A stretch of DNA of 60,729 bases, the filler included, from Jimgerdemannia flammicorona (Eukaryota): NCBI GenBank assembly GCA_003990765.1. It is 2 parts of 2 records of this genome, joined end to end, with 100 filler letters (N's around TTAATTAATTAA, not from the genome) between each part and the next. Parts side by side here need not be neighbours in the genome. Positions count along the whole stretch, not along the records: positions 1 to 30,317 come from RBNJ01000448.1; 1 more part is not named here. One strand, 5' to 3'. Made by a program: the position numbers and the translations under genes. The notes beneath the pieces were generated by a model. It did no database searches. It saw nothing but the letters and a program-made list of their open reading frames with translations, and was not told the DNA's origin. Below, piece by piece: positions 1-15,505 of the stretch; position 1 is the stretch's first letter; every line of letters begins with the position of its first letter.

Positions 1-16
1 AAAAAAAAAAAGGCAC

Positions 17-3533
<3,517 letters not shown>

Positions 3534-5672
3534 GGTGTTTCTCTACAAAATTTGTTGATTTCTTCGTCCTCGCCAAGCCACAACAGAAAATAACGGTCAC
3601 GCTCGAAGCCACTTTTTTGGCTAGTTTCTGTTTCTCCTGTTTCGTTTTATCATGCCATCTAAAGAAGTCTATAAATTTGGTCTACTATGCCTATTTGGCT
3701 GTGATAACTAGTATTGCTCACGAGTTAAATTAATATCCGGAAGTTCATCACGATATTTCAATCTTGAGCCCAAACTTCATTTTTGCGATCGTCCAAGTGG
3801 AACACAGGTACTAAGGTATAAAGGTCAACCTGCATAATCATGGGTCGACGTAGCTGTGCGCTGCTTACTTTTTCATTCTAACGAAGTTGGGAATCGACGT
3901 TTGGAAAGGAGGCGACCAAAATGGCTAACCAAGTATGAATCGGTCTCTGTCAATCTGCTTTTTTCCGTTTCAACATTTGTCAGCCCCCCTGGTTCTATGG
4001 GATTTATTTTTTTATCGTGCTCCTGCGTTTCTTGGTGGTTGTGTGTGATGGAGCTTGCTCCAAGATATTCAAAGATAAACGAGCTGATACATATCATCGA
4101 TAAGGAGACACGTTGCCAAGGTCCCACTCGGTTTAATCCCAAACGACGGTCGCATTACCTTTTCTCTACAAAATTGTAAACAGAGTTCTTTGTACCCCGA
4201 TCTGGCCATGTGGCCTCCTCGAGGGTGATACTGCTGTCTTATCGATCGTCATGCCTTCCTGCTTGGAGGCAAGAAGACCTCATGTTTATCGCCACTTGGT
4301 ACCGCGGGATGACGCTGTTTTTAATATCACTGAACCTCCCATCGCTTACCTTTCTCTTCTCCCAAGATATTGAGAATGCATATCGATCGGCGCATTATTC
4401 CTCAGTACTTTATCCGCAATGGATACCAAAGGCGTTAGACCGAGGCCCCGCATCCTGCAACTATATATTACGTCACTTCCAATAGTGGCCCTCCGCGCGA
4501 CGGCCTGGTCAGGCCCTGCGGAGAAAAAAAGATTGGTCTCATGACCACATAAACTAGTGGCATACCATGTTTGGATGTTGGTCTCGCACAGACGCCAAAT
4601 AGCGACATTGTCCGTCTTTTCTTGGAAGCTGAGGCGCTAAGGCCACGTTAGTCGGGCTTCTTTTTTTTTTTTTTTCCCCTTTATCGAGCTATTTACCAAC
4701 GGGATCTGCGTGGCAGCCAACAAGGAGTTTGTTTTTGTTTGACCGACTTGACATGACACACGTGCGGGAAGATGCGGGAAAAAGAGCCACCCAGAGCCAC
4801 CGTTTCTCAAACGTGATCGAAGTACAACATGGTTGTGGCTGTTTGAAAGGCCGTAAGGTAGGAGATTTTTCGATGTAAACAGGGCACAGAAAAACAATAT
4901 TTCAAACACTGTACCCATGCATTGGTATACGGCATCTTCGGCTTTCAGGTATCGAGATCTGATTGTTCTCATCGATCGTTTGTTATAATTATGCCACATA
5001 TATTACATAAATTGGATTGTACTTGCAACTGTGGCATATTGTACTGACCGCAATATACATACTGGACTATCGTGGAAACTTGACACGTCTATTTTGTTTA
5101 ACGGGCCATACGATCATTAAGATGTGACGCGGTTTTTGGGGTTACCGCTAAAATAGTAAATATAGTGAACGCGTTTGGGTTTATTTTCCCCTGCTTCTGT
5201 TCAGTGCGGGGGTCACATGGGAGCACAGCGGATTGTGCTACATGTGGAGCACACCTTCACAAATCGGTCCCCTAGGCTCATCGGTTCGGCTGACACTGAC
5301 GCGAGGCTATGTCATCTAGGTTCATCAGATTACAGCCCAAACAGTTTTTATCACTATCTTATCTGTCGGCCTTGATGGTGGATCCTCCAATGGATAAGCC
5401 AGAACTCTTAGTCATTGTAACTCAATAGCCCAGAAAGGACGGCAGGCCACGCTAACAGACTAACAGACGAAGGCCCTGCAAAAAACAACGCGACGCAAAT
5501 TTTTTTTTTTTGTTATTCGGAGACTCGCGGTGGATTCTGACCTGTTACCATCACAAGCCCCTCAACGGGACTGCCTTTCCATGTGAATCACAAAACCAAT
5601 ATAAATTTCCCCACTTCTTTTCATCCATCTCTTCCCATCTCTTCCCATCTTCTACCATTCATCCAAGCAAAT

Positions 5673-6916
5673 ATGACGACGCCCACCACGCCCCGGCGCT
5701 CCAACAGCACCTCCTCCATCAATAACAAGGGCCCCATATTTGTCACCGGTGCCGACGGCGAGAAGGGTACGCATCTGCTTTTTGCTCTTTAGCCACTTTG
5801 AGAAACTCCACCCGTTGCTTACCAATCACTTATTCCATCTTCCCCCAGGTTCCGCCATTGTGAGGTCGCTCCTCGAAATGCAGCTCCGGCACTCTCACCT
5901 CAACGGGTTCCCTGTCTACGCCGGCCTTCCAGACGCGTCCACGACTGAAGCTCGTGAGCTCGAGGTCCTCGGTGCGACTTTGATCGAGCTGGACCCGATC
6001 GTGAAGCCCGAAGCTGTTGTTGACGCCCTACGCGGCATGACAAAGCTGTGTCTCGTGGTTGACCCTCATGGGCAGCAAATCACGAGGGTAAACGCGGCTC
6101 CTTACGCCAGAGCGTGAGTACTTTCCGCACAAAAAGAAATTTTATGGATCTACCCAAATAGGCAAAACGTTAAATTTCTCACTCCCGCAATTTGTTTATA
6201 ACAGTTACATCGACGCTGCCAAACAAGCTGGTGTCGAACACGTCATCTTCTTGTCTCCCTTCTCACCATGCGACCCCACGACACCGCCTGGCACTCCGAC
6301 CCTGGATGCACGACGCCGCCCCAGTTTTCCCCTGTCCCCCAACACGTTCCGCATGCAATTTTCCATCATCGAGTCCCACCTCCAGCTCATTTTCTCTGCA
6401 GAGCAAATTACCACGATCCGCTACCCCGGTATCGTGCACCAGCACCTCCTTAAGTTCTTCGCCAACTACATCGCGACGCACTCGGCCCTGCCTCTCCCCA
6501 ACCATCCCCACATGACCATCGAATCCTCTGACCTGGGCGACATCGTCCGCGCCACCTGCTTCGTTGCCTTCTCGCCCACCTCGCGGCACGGCGGCAAGGA
6601 GTACAAGGTGACGGGCCCGCAGCTCATGACGCTCGAGGAGCTCGGCCACCGCGTCTCTGCCGGGTTGAGGCGCGATATCCGCGTCGACATGGTCGAGATG
6701 CCCTCGCTCCGTGAAATCTTGCTCGAGGTCGTGCCCAACGAGGAAAGCGTTGCATACACGCTCGAGATGTGGGGCCTGCAGTGGCGCTTGAACGGCCGTC
6801 GCTTCGAGGTCACACGCGATCTCGAGGCCTTGACGGGCCAGAGCGGCAAGACCTTGGTGGAGTATTTCGAAGATAACAGGAATGCATTCAGCGTGCCGAT
6901 ACAGTCTGTGAATTAA
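5673..6916 (+). CDS. NmrA-like / atypical SDR NAD(P)-binding Rossmann-fold protein, 3 exons
   Basis: Spliced N-terminus IFVTGADGEKGSAIVRSLL (GxxGxxG-like); YIDAAKQAGVEHVIFLS; DLGDIVRA...HGGKEYKVTGPQLMTLEEL...LEALTGQSGKTLVEYFEDN, typical of the NmrA family. Introns at about 5768-5848 and 6114-6204. Confidence 0.85.
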
Positions 6917-7122
6917 TGTTCATAGATATATATCAAAGTGTTACTCCCCCCTTTCTCCCAAAAACATTGCTCATTTTATCTTGAGAAAACAAGATGCTCC
7001 TTTTCCTCTTGTAAATTTCGGAACATCTCTGCACACCTGATATCGGCTGTACATGTAAATAACTAGCTAATCTTGTCCCGCTCTATTCGGCTCTCCTGTC
7101 TATACCCTCCCAGCCTTGCGGA

Positions 7123-7163
<41 letters not shown>

Positions 7164-7908
7164 CTTTTTCTTTTTTCCGCAAAACACTTGTCGCGCATAC
7201 ATAATTGTATATGTTCTTCGATTTGAACTTGATTTACAACTTTGTCTTCTGCTTATTGCCGATATTGAACGTAGTGCTCTTCTGCTGTGCGGATTTCTTT
7301 GCTTTATTTTTGTTAGAGCGTACATAAGAAATATAAACATTTGATATTACACATCGCAATATTGTGTTGGTTTTGATGATGCTTGTATGACGATGGCTGT
7401 TTGCAATATCCCTGGTGAGCGAAAATTACGCACGTATCCCATACCACCGTTTGGATGTCAACGATAAGAGGTTGCAAGCATCGCTAGCCGTTCAAGGCAG
7501 TCGACGAGGCAAAAGATCGCCCGGTTCCGCAACTCCGCTCCCGTTGCGGCTAGCCTGGCAGTAATACACGTACTTGTCAAATAAAAGGGAAACGCAATCT
7601 CGATGCTAACGCGACAGCAATTTCTTCATATGGACATAGTGCAGTTGGCCAAATCTGTCGACTGGGCTGAATTTCATGTGAAAAAGATTGCACCTGTGCG
7701 TCATCTCCCCACTAACAATGAAATCTCGAGGTGAAACCCAAGTCCATCCGTCGAGCGAGCGGAAATATTAGCCATTTAATCCATCGTGCTACATTAAAAT
7801 CCGTCCACTAGGGTCAACAACCGAGCATCAAATCCCCTCGGTATTGCATTTGTAACTATAAATGCCAAAAACCTGTTCGTGATGCCCACGTGGCGGTACG
7901 GGCTCAGC

Positions 7909-8043
7909 CAAAGAATGAGCAAGATAGGATGCATGTAGGTTTATCTCAAAGAATGAACAAGATGGCAGGTAATTTATCTCAGAGTGGACAAGATAGCATG
8001 TAGATTATCTCAAAGAGTGAACAAGATAGCATGTAGTTTATCA
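7909..8043. repeat. Minisatellite, about 4 imperfect copies of a ~33-bp unit (CAAAGARTGAACAAGATAGCATGTAGNTTATCT)
   Basis: Directly visible tandem units with no spacers, ending about 220 bp upstream of the ATG at 8266. Confidence 0.85.
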
Positions 8044-8265
8044 AGAATATCGCCGGTTCGTGTGTGTAGACGAGGACAAACCATGTCCAGGGATGACGAA
8101 AAATGTGTTTATTGTATTGCGATGAATAGATAGATGGTGTCGACAATGTAGACAGATCAGAGCTATGTATGATGTGAACAAGTGATGGATCAATAGTGAT
8201 GTCACTCGTCTCTTTTCTTCTTCCTTTGTAACCCTTCCCTTTCCACCCAAACTCTCGCAAAGGTC

Positions 8266-9648
8266 ATGACCGTTCCGAAGCTCACCAAGGCGACTGCGCG
8301 TGCTGTCCTCGAGGAAGTGGAGGTAGAACGGAGCTCGGAGGGCGGTAACAGCAATAGGTAAAAAAAGAATAAGATTCAGGGACCCGCGGCTGAAATAGCG
8401 ACCGAAAGAATTCTTGTTTAACCTGCGCTATCCCTTCAATCACCGGCCGGAATACTGTGCCTCACGCCTACTTCTGTCCGTCAGCGATGAATTCATCCAA
8501 ATGATCACCACTCTGAAGAGTAAGCGTCTCTTTGACCGTTTACCGCATGTGTATGGATCGTGCACTTCATTTTTTTTTTTTTTTTTCTTTTTTGTCAATC
8601 GCCTTTTACACGTTACACGCATTCACAGATGGCATCGACAAGAAATCCAAGCAGCAGCACAAGAAACTCTCGGCCGAATGCGACATGATCGCACAGGAGA
8701 TTGTCGAGCAGGCGCAAGAGCTGGAGGAGGGACAGGCGCGCGAGATGTGAGTTCACATGAATCCCTCGCATTTTCTATTTATGTCAGTTCCGATGAGATG
8801 ATTGTGAGATAATGTTTACCGGTCGCTGGTGTGCTCCACACCAATTTTTTTTATTCAACACTTTGCGCGATATGCAGGGAGCAGAACATCGCCAACTACA
8901 AGCGCAAAAATGACGAGTTGACGGAGGAGAAGGCCGACATTGTCAAGAAGCTTAAGGTGGAATTGGAGAAGTTTCAGGTGAGCCTCGATAGCGTCACTTT
9001 CACACAGTCGAAAGAAAATCATTCACTGTATATCGATGAATTGCAGCGGCGATGACGCTGTAGAAGTGGATGCGCGTAACTCAAGGCTTCTATCTGTTTC
9101 CGACATCGATAACATAGGAACTATGTAATTCAGCACTGACGGACCTTGAGAGAATACACGTGATTAACAACCAGGCAGAGAAGAAGCTTATGAAGGATGT
9201 GGAGGGGACGATTGATAGTGCGTGCAATTGTCTTTTTTCTCATTTGCATTTTCAATGTAGCTTGCCTCCGGTGAATCCATTGCCATGGATAAAGGAGGAG
9301 GCCAAACCAGCTCTTCGGGTACAATAAGTTTTGCCTCACATTTTCTCCGCGGTCGTCGTCCACAGTAGCTACGCTGAAAGTGGGGGGTAGCAGCGAGGCT
9401 CGTGACACCGACATCCTCGACGACCCCAATCGCGAACGTACTGACACGGGGAATGTGTCCAACGTCACCCCAAAAGTACGTTCGGCTTACTGCTCGAGTT
9501 TCTGAGATTTATTTTCCATAAAAACTTGTTCTTTCGTGGTCTGAAAACATTGTATTGTTCTACTGTTATCTAGAATCCTCCCCGTCGTAACAAGGATAAC
9601 GCTAACAAACCCAAAGGCAAGGCGACCACATCGAGGCGCAAAGCTTGA
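8266..9648 (+). CDS. Coiled-coil protein, paralogue A; candidate SYCP3/Cor1-like meiotic axis protein (~209 aa)
   Basis: Manual model with exons 8266-8357, 8485-8519, 8629-8746, 8878-8977, 9118-9217, 9366-9475, 9574-9648, all GT-AG and in frame. Translation MTVPKLTK...DEFIQMITTLKNGIDKKSKQQHKKL...EQNIANY...EKFQ... ending in a basic tail (NPPRRNK...SRRKA). The last two exons are less certain. Confidence 0.7.
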
Positions 9649-10014
9649 ATGTTTTGATTTCAGCAATGTTATCGGCCCCATCGTCGGGCGCTGGATGTTG
9701 TTGCTTTGATCGCCACTATCTTTCTTTTTTATATGAATGTAGATTTTTTTTTTTTGTCAATTAGCGCTACTTCCATTCGTGGTTACTTGTCACTTGAATT
9801 TCAGATATAATTCCATAATTTCTATCATTTACTTTCGCGCCATGCGTGCTGCCTACTTCGGGCCTGCTAGTTATAATTACATCGACCGGTTAAACCTTAT
9901 AATCGTTTGTGATCTCTCGACCGCCATCAATGACATAAACCTATGAAAATGATTTCATATGATGGCATGCAAAACCCAGTGCCGCTCAGCTTCCATCCAT
10001 TTCTCCTCCGAACC

Positions 10015-11316
10015 ATGCCCGCCCACAAAGGACCCCGGTACGCAAAGAAGAATACCCCAAAATCAAAGCATGTTCTCCAAGGTAGTCATCCATGCCACGC
10101 ATTCTCCTTTTGCCAGCGGGGCTCTACTGCAAAAAATAAACTTACGTTCGCACCCGCAAAGCACCCGCAACAGTCCCACGCCTCACCAAGAAGCAACGTC
10201 AGGTCGTGGACGAGGGCGACGAGGACGACGATACCTACGATAGCTCGACGCAACCCATGGCTTTCTCTTCCAAGGGTTCCAAGAGACATTCGGTCTCAAA
10301 CCCGATCGTGCACAGAGGTGACTCGCCGGGACCGAGCCAGGATATGACTCAGATACTGAATCTGTTGCATTGTAAGCTTTTTTTTTTTTTTTTGGTCATT
10401 CCCCGCGTCGTCGCGGCAATGGTCTTTCACACAAACACCCTTCACGTCTACTCATCAGCCCAGCAAAAAAAGAAAGCGAGTGCCCAGGCCAAGAAACTCG
10501 AACGTGACATCGAGACCAGACTGCAGGACGCGCAGCGCCAGTCGGAGGCCATTGTCGCGAGGTTCGAGCAGGATAGGTGAGGGTTTTGGCACATGTGCTT
10601 CCTCCCGCAACAATTGTTGTTCCCTTGCCTCACGAACTCCCACATCATGGCCCCAGCGAGGAGAGCCTGGCGCGCTATCTGGATACCCTCGACGCCGGCC
10701 TCGAATCGGCCGTCGACCATATCAAGGTGTTGAGGCAGACATTCGATGAGTTCCAGGTAGGCCCTTATCATTTTTTGTGCAAATACCGACGAGTGTCTCG
10801 GGTAATACTTTCTCAATCCAATAGCTTCATTTTCCTCTGCAACTAAACCCGATACATTCGCTACGCTTGCTTTCAGACCGCCAACCTGGCCCTAGTTGAC
10901 TCTCTCGAAAAACACGCTTCCCACGCCGGCAAGCGGAGGCGCGACCAGTCAAAAGAGGACGAGCAGATGCGTACGGTTCATACCCTTTTGATTCCTGCAT
11001 GGCTTGTTGAAGAACCATAATCTGGTCACACTTGAAACAACAACCCCCCCCCCTTTTCTCTCTGACACCTGCAACAGATAATGGGCATGCGGAAGATATC
11101 GCTCAGGCGTTTGGCCGCTTCGAGAAAGAGATCCTGGGGACCCGGAAAATGTTGAGGAAAATGAACAAGGTGTGGACGGTTGAATCTTGATTTGGATATT
11201 TGGAGAGAGAGCATATGGGTAATTACAATCTACACTTCTCAAACGTGGTTTTTATACAGGCTCACCATGACACCACCAAGTTCTCGCAGCACCTCCTCGC
11301 CTGTGTCAAGCCGTAA
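10015..11316 (+). CDS. Coiled-coil protein, paralogue B; candidate SYCP3/Cor1-like meiotic axis protein (~241 aa)
   Basis: Manual model with exons 10015-10081, 10174-10371, 10459-10576, 10657-10756, 10877-10970, 11078-11169, 11260-11316, all GT-AG and in frame. Basic/acidic disordered N-terminus, then a helical core ending RFEKEILGTRKMLRKMNK|AHHDTTKFSQHLLACVKP. Confidence 0.75.
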
Positions 11317-11887
11317 GGTCCTGCTCATCCTCCCGGTACATACGCAGCGGAGTAAGGACGGACGGAATCGGGGATTGGGTTTGAATGTTAACGGTGAAGG
11401 TTGCTGGGAGATGTGGGAACTGCACTCTCGGAATGCAAAGTGAATGTTGCAATTTATAAAAGTCATTTTATCGGTCGCGTCTTATGGCTATCAACAAACT
11501 ACATCTGCATTCTACATAATTAGTTTATATACCTGGCTAGATCTATACATGTAATCTCTGCTGACTTCGTTAAACATCGATATCGTTGTGTCGCTCTGTA
11601 ACATTTAACATATAATAGCCTATGGTTGCACTTTTCAATTAAACGCTTCCGAAAGCCAATAGCTTCTCAATCAAGCCATTGCAGTTCATCTATTCACTTC
11701 GTTTGATAAGGTATGTTCTATAATGATACAACCATCGAAAAACCAGAGAAGTATCTTCACGGAGTTACACGTTAAAAATCAGCAACTATTTACATGACGC
11801 ACCAATATTTGTGACTAGTATGGAGGAACGGAGGCTCGTCCCTTCCCACCGCCGATGCCCAACTTACAGTGCAATCCCCGTGCCAAC

Positions 11888-13642
11888 TCATATGGGATTG
11901 ATTCCCGAGATGCGCCTCAGCTGCTCAAAGATGATCAAGCTGACGATCGTGTGCGGACCAAGTCGTAGCCAACACATGAAAAACCTATTGGAGGAACGAG
12001 CAGACAAGCGTGAAAAAGCTGAAATACGGGCAACACGACAACCGCCCCACCCCAACCGACCACATAACCCACTCACCCCTTGTACAACGCGAGTGGCCCC
12101 TCCAACGCCACGGTCTTGCGCACGCATTCAAATGACGACGTGTATTTCAGCCCGCGGCCTGTCGCACTGTCAAAAGGTTGATTCATGTATCGGACCTTGA
12201 TCGTGTCGACCGGGGCGGAAGTGATGGAGCAAGCAAAGCCTGTGGGTATGAAAATGAGATTCGATATCGTGAAATCGTGTTCAGAACAGCATAAATTGAA
12301 GGGTCTTGATTCTTTCGACTTGTAGAATTTCTCTCAGTCCAAGTTCTCCACACAATCTTCCTTCCTCCATTGATTTCACTCGACACATTTTCCAAAAATT
12401 CTCCTCCAGAACACTCACCCGCAATGACCGAACTCGCCAAATGCGCCGGTAGCCCCTCCTTGACGACACCCTGCCCGATGAGCCAATGCTTCGTGTGATC
12501 ATAAGTGGCAAGCTGGCTGGCCGTGACCAGGGCTGCACGGGCCGTCGTGGGACCGACGCCGCGGTAGAGCCCAGCCAGACCCTCAGAGCGGTAGATCTCG
12601 GCGAAGGCGGAGAAAACCGAGCGGTAACGCGGAGTCGGGGACGGATTGTAGGCTTGTATTCGAACTGGAAGGAGGCGAATGGTGAGTTTTGGAAGGGCAG
12701 TGATGGAGAAGGAGGAGAACACGTTTGCAATGATGGAAGGCGGGGGTACCTTTCACTAAATCCGTTGGATTGGCGATGGCTAATCGATGATCGATCGGGG
12801 TCAATCGTGGATGGATGGTGAGAGTGCGGAATCAATACTGTCAGAAGACACGTCAAAGGCTCCACAGAGCATAGCATACTCATTCCAGCAATCAATAGCG
12901 CGACACGACCTAGACGAAATCCTTCTCGGCCACTAACCTGCTCCCGCCATCCCACTCGCCAACCCCGCCGCAATTTTCGTAACCAGCGCCTTTTCATTGA
13001 GCGTACCCCCCGAGGCACGGAACGCGAGGTTTTTGAACCAGTCGTAGGCACCAAAGCGTATCGTCGAGTAGGTGGCTGGAGGGAAGGGAAGAGAAGGAAG
13101 CTCAACCAGGGGAGAGGTTGTATAGTCCACAACATTTTGAAACCTCGACGCCAACCAGAAAAGAACATGTCAGGCAGTGATCATACCTTCTCGCAACATC
13201 CCCGCCGTGACCCCATTATAAAAAGACAGCGGCCCTTCATTCCTAAACATATTCAGTGCCACGCGCGCGAAGTTCTGATTGGCGGCCTTCTGCATGCCTT
13301 CGCCTTGAAGTTGTAACCGGACTTTGACAATATCGACCGGGTTTGTGACGAAGGAGCCCATCTATGGTAGATGAGCAACAGCGATCAAGGCTGAGCTTTA
13401 GGATACGGAAAAAATATTCACAAGTATTGGTCGAGAATGATTCTCCGACGAATATTTGAGCATACCACGCTACCCGTACCGGCGAACAAAAACTTCGCGG
13501 CAAGTTCTTTATTGTGTTGGCTGCTTGACACCGTAACGTGCGGTTTCGCTTCTGCTATGCTAGTGGTGGCGATGGTGGTAGTGGTGGGGCTCATAGATGA
13601 GGCGGGAAGCGTCATGGAAGATGTTGCTTCTGTCAAGGTCAT
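11888..13642 (-). CDS. Mitochondrial carrier (SLC25), UCP/dicarboxylate-oxoglutarate carrier-like; multi-exon
   Basis: Three PX[D/E]XX[K/R]X[K/R] signatures: PVDIVKVRLQ, PTDLVK|VRIQ, PVDTIKVRYM. Also GLYRGVGPTTARAALVTASQLATYDHTK and WLRLGPHTIVSLIIFEQLR. Confidence 0.9.
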
Positions 13643-14116
13643 GGTGTAGTATTTTTGGAACAAGAGAGCAAACGAAATGAATGTGGGAATGTTGTGACTA
13701 GTTTCGACATGCAAATGCCTGTTTTGGGTCAAACACCATGGCAACCAATTAAAGAATTCCTAGTCACACTTTCTAATTATACATTTACAAAGTTGGTTAA
13801 GAGAAAGAGTGATTACATGCAAAGGGTATTTGAAGACCGCAAATCGCTTGCTTTTTCCCATCAACACCTCTGATAATGTCAGAGCCCTATTTCTCCCCAA
13901 GCGAATAACGCAACCGCAACCGCAGCCAAACCGTGGCTCATCATTCACAAGTGGCCATGGTTGTGGCTCTTGCTACACTAAATCGCACTCGTCCGCACGC
14001 CTATAACATAGATATACGATGGGTCAGTAAGTGACATTGTGAGATAGATAGCCACAAGCCTCTTCGGACAGCATAAGGATGTGTTACATGCTTTCTAGCC
14101 CTCTCAATAGCCTTCT

Positions 14117-15309
14117 TCAGCACACCAAGCTGTCGGTCATTGTCGCGAATGTAGCCCAAGAGAAGGCGTTGGAGATCGCTGGGTCGTCAATATACGTAAA
14201 TATGACAACAACGTTAACAAAGCTCCGTAGCATCGAACCAATTGCATCGAAGCTATCCCGTCGATCGAAACCAATTTCTCTTTGGGCCAACTCACGCATT
14301 CGATGCAGTATTTGGATCTCCATCTGTTTGCAGCGCTCCGAGGATATCAGGCCTGTTTTGTTCTCGCATGGCAAAGTGATCGGGAGCTGTATCATCGGCG
14401 CGGGAACTATTGGGTGTGGATAGAGAGCGAGGATTCGGTGGAATGAAGAAAGAGACGCCATGTAGGATGGGCCTCACACTGCCTGTTCGCAAGCGTTAGC
14501 GGGAGTTCAACAAGAGGCGTCATAAATGTAATAAATATAAAAGATACAAAGGACTGGAGGTGACGAGTAGTGTAGTAACCTTTCAAGCCTTGGGGTTGAG
14601 TGATGTTGCATAGACTTTGGATTGAAGATTGCACTGACAAGACAGAAAGATAGAGCAAGTGATCGAGTTACTTGTTTGATAGAACCAATAGGCAAATTGA
14701 TAGTTATTGTGAGCGTTAAGCATTGGTATTCAACATCCCGAGCCCATCGGCTTAAAGGCCGCGACTAGTAGCTACATTCTGACATAAAGTCAAAATCCCA
14801 AAACTCACTCTTCCCGACTTTCTCCATGATATTGGGTTCGTCCCCAACTGATGCATCTGTGTCACGTGAGGGCGCTGGTGTCTTGTGCTCTCGCAACAGG
14901 TGGATCAACTTATCCACCCAATCTAGCATTGATGAGCGTGTCGCGTCCACATTGCGTTCAATGTGACTACTAAGATTATATGAAGGATCGGAGGCGACAA
15001 GAGGCAAAATTGAGAAGCAAACCGCGGTAAGAATCTCCTGCACATGAACGAAATGGACAGCATACCTCAGGCTTGTAATCTTCTCGCGCCACTCGTATAG
15101 CCTATGGTCGGCTTCAGCATTCGCCACCGCGAGCGTGGATAATTGTGAGTTGAGGCTTGGTTGATACCATGGAAGTTCCGGTAAGCAAACACGCCCGGGT
15201 TTGTCAATAAGGAGCAAGCACGGAGGTCATATTGTGGCGAGAGCAGGACTCACTCCTCAATGAGCAAGGTGTTGCGGTTGGTCTTGGTGAGAAGCGAAGA
15301 GTGGAGCAT
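14117..15309 (-). CDS. Hypothetical spliced, mostly helical protein
   Basis: ATG at 15309 followed by a short exon and GTGAGT donor; long open frames at 14765-15217 and 14117-14461. No family recognised and the exon structure is uncertain. Confidence 0.4.
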
Positions 15310-15505
15310 TGGGGGAGAGAGAGAGGAGGGGCGCTAGGTTGTGGCGGCTGAGCTAATTATTATATCAGCAGAAGTGCTTAATGACGTCACCACCTCCAAA
15401 TCCAGTATCCATTGAAACACTAATTTTCAGACCAGTTTTATTTTTAAAGAATGTTTGTCACCCCCAACAATTGGTGACTCCATTTCGAAAAAAAAAACCG
15501 CTTTC

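Noticed and set aside
3856..5400. Small ORFs upstream of RIX7
   Set aside because: No coherent exon chain, codon bias or motif could be supported.
7125..7177. Poly-Lys ORF and long homopolymer runs (also 24766, 30258, 60667)
   Set aside because: Simple poly(A/T) tracts with unreliable length, not coding.
7909..8043. CRISPR-like 33-bp repeats
   Set aside because: Units are contiguous with no unique spacers, there are no cas genes, and the context is eukaryotic.
9261..9274. Alternative 4-codon terminal exon for paralogue A (TCLR*)
   Set aside because: It needs a 43-nt intron. The exons at 9366-9475 and 9574-9648 give consensus splice sites and an open frame, so that model is preferred, though not proven.
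12281..13168. 295-aa minus-strand ORF
   Set aside because: Out-of-frame read-through across carrier exons and introns.
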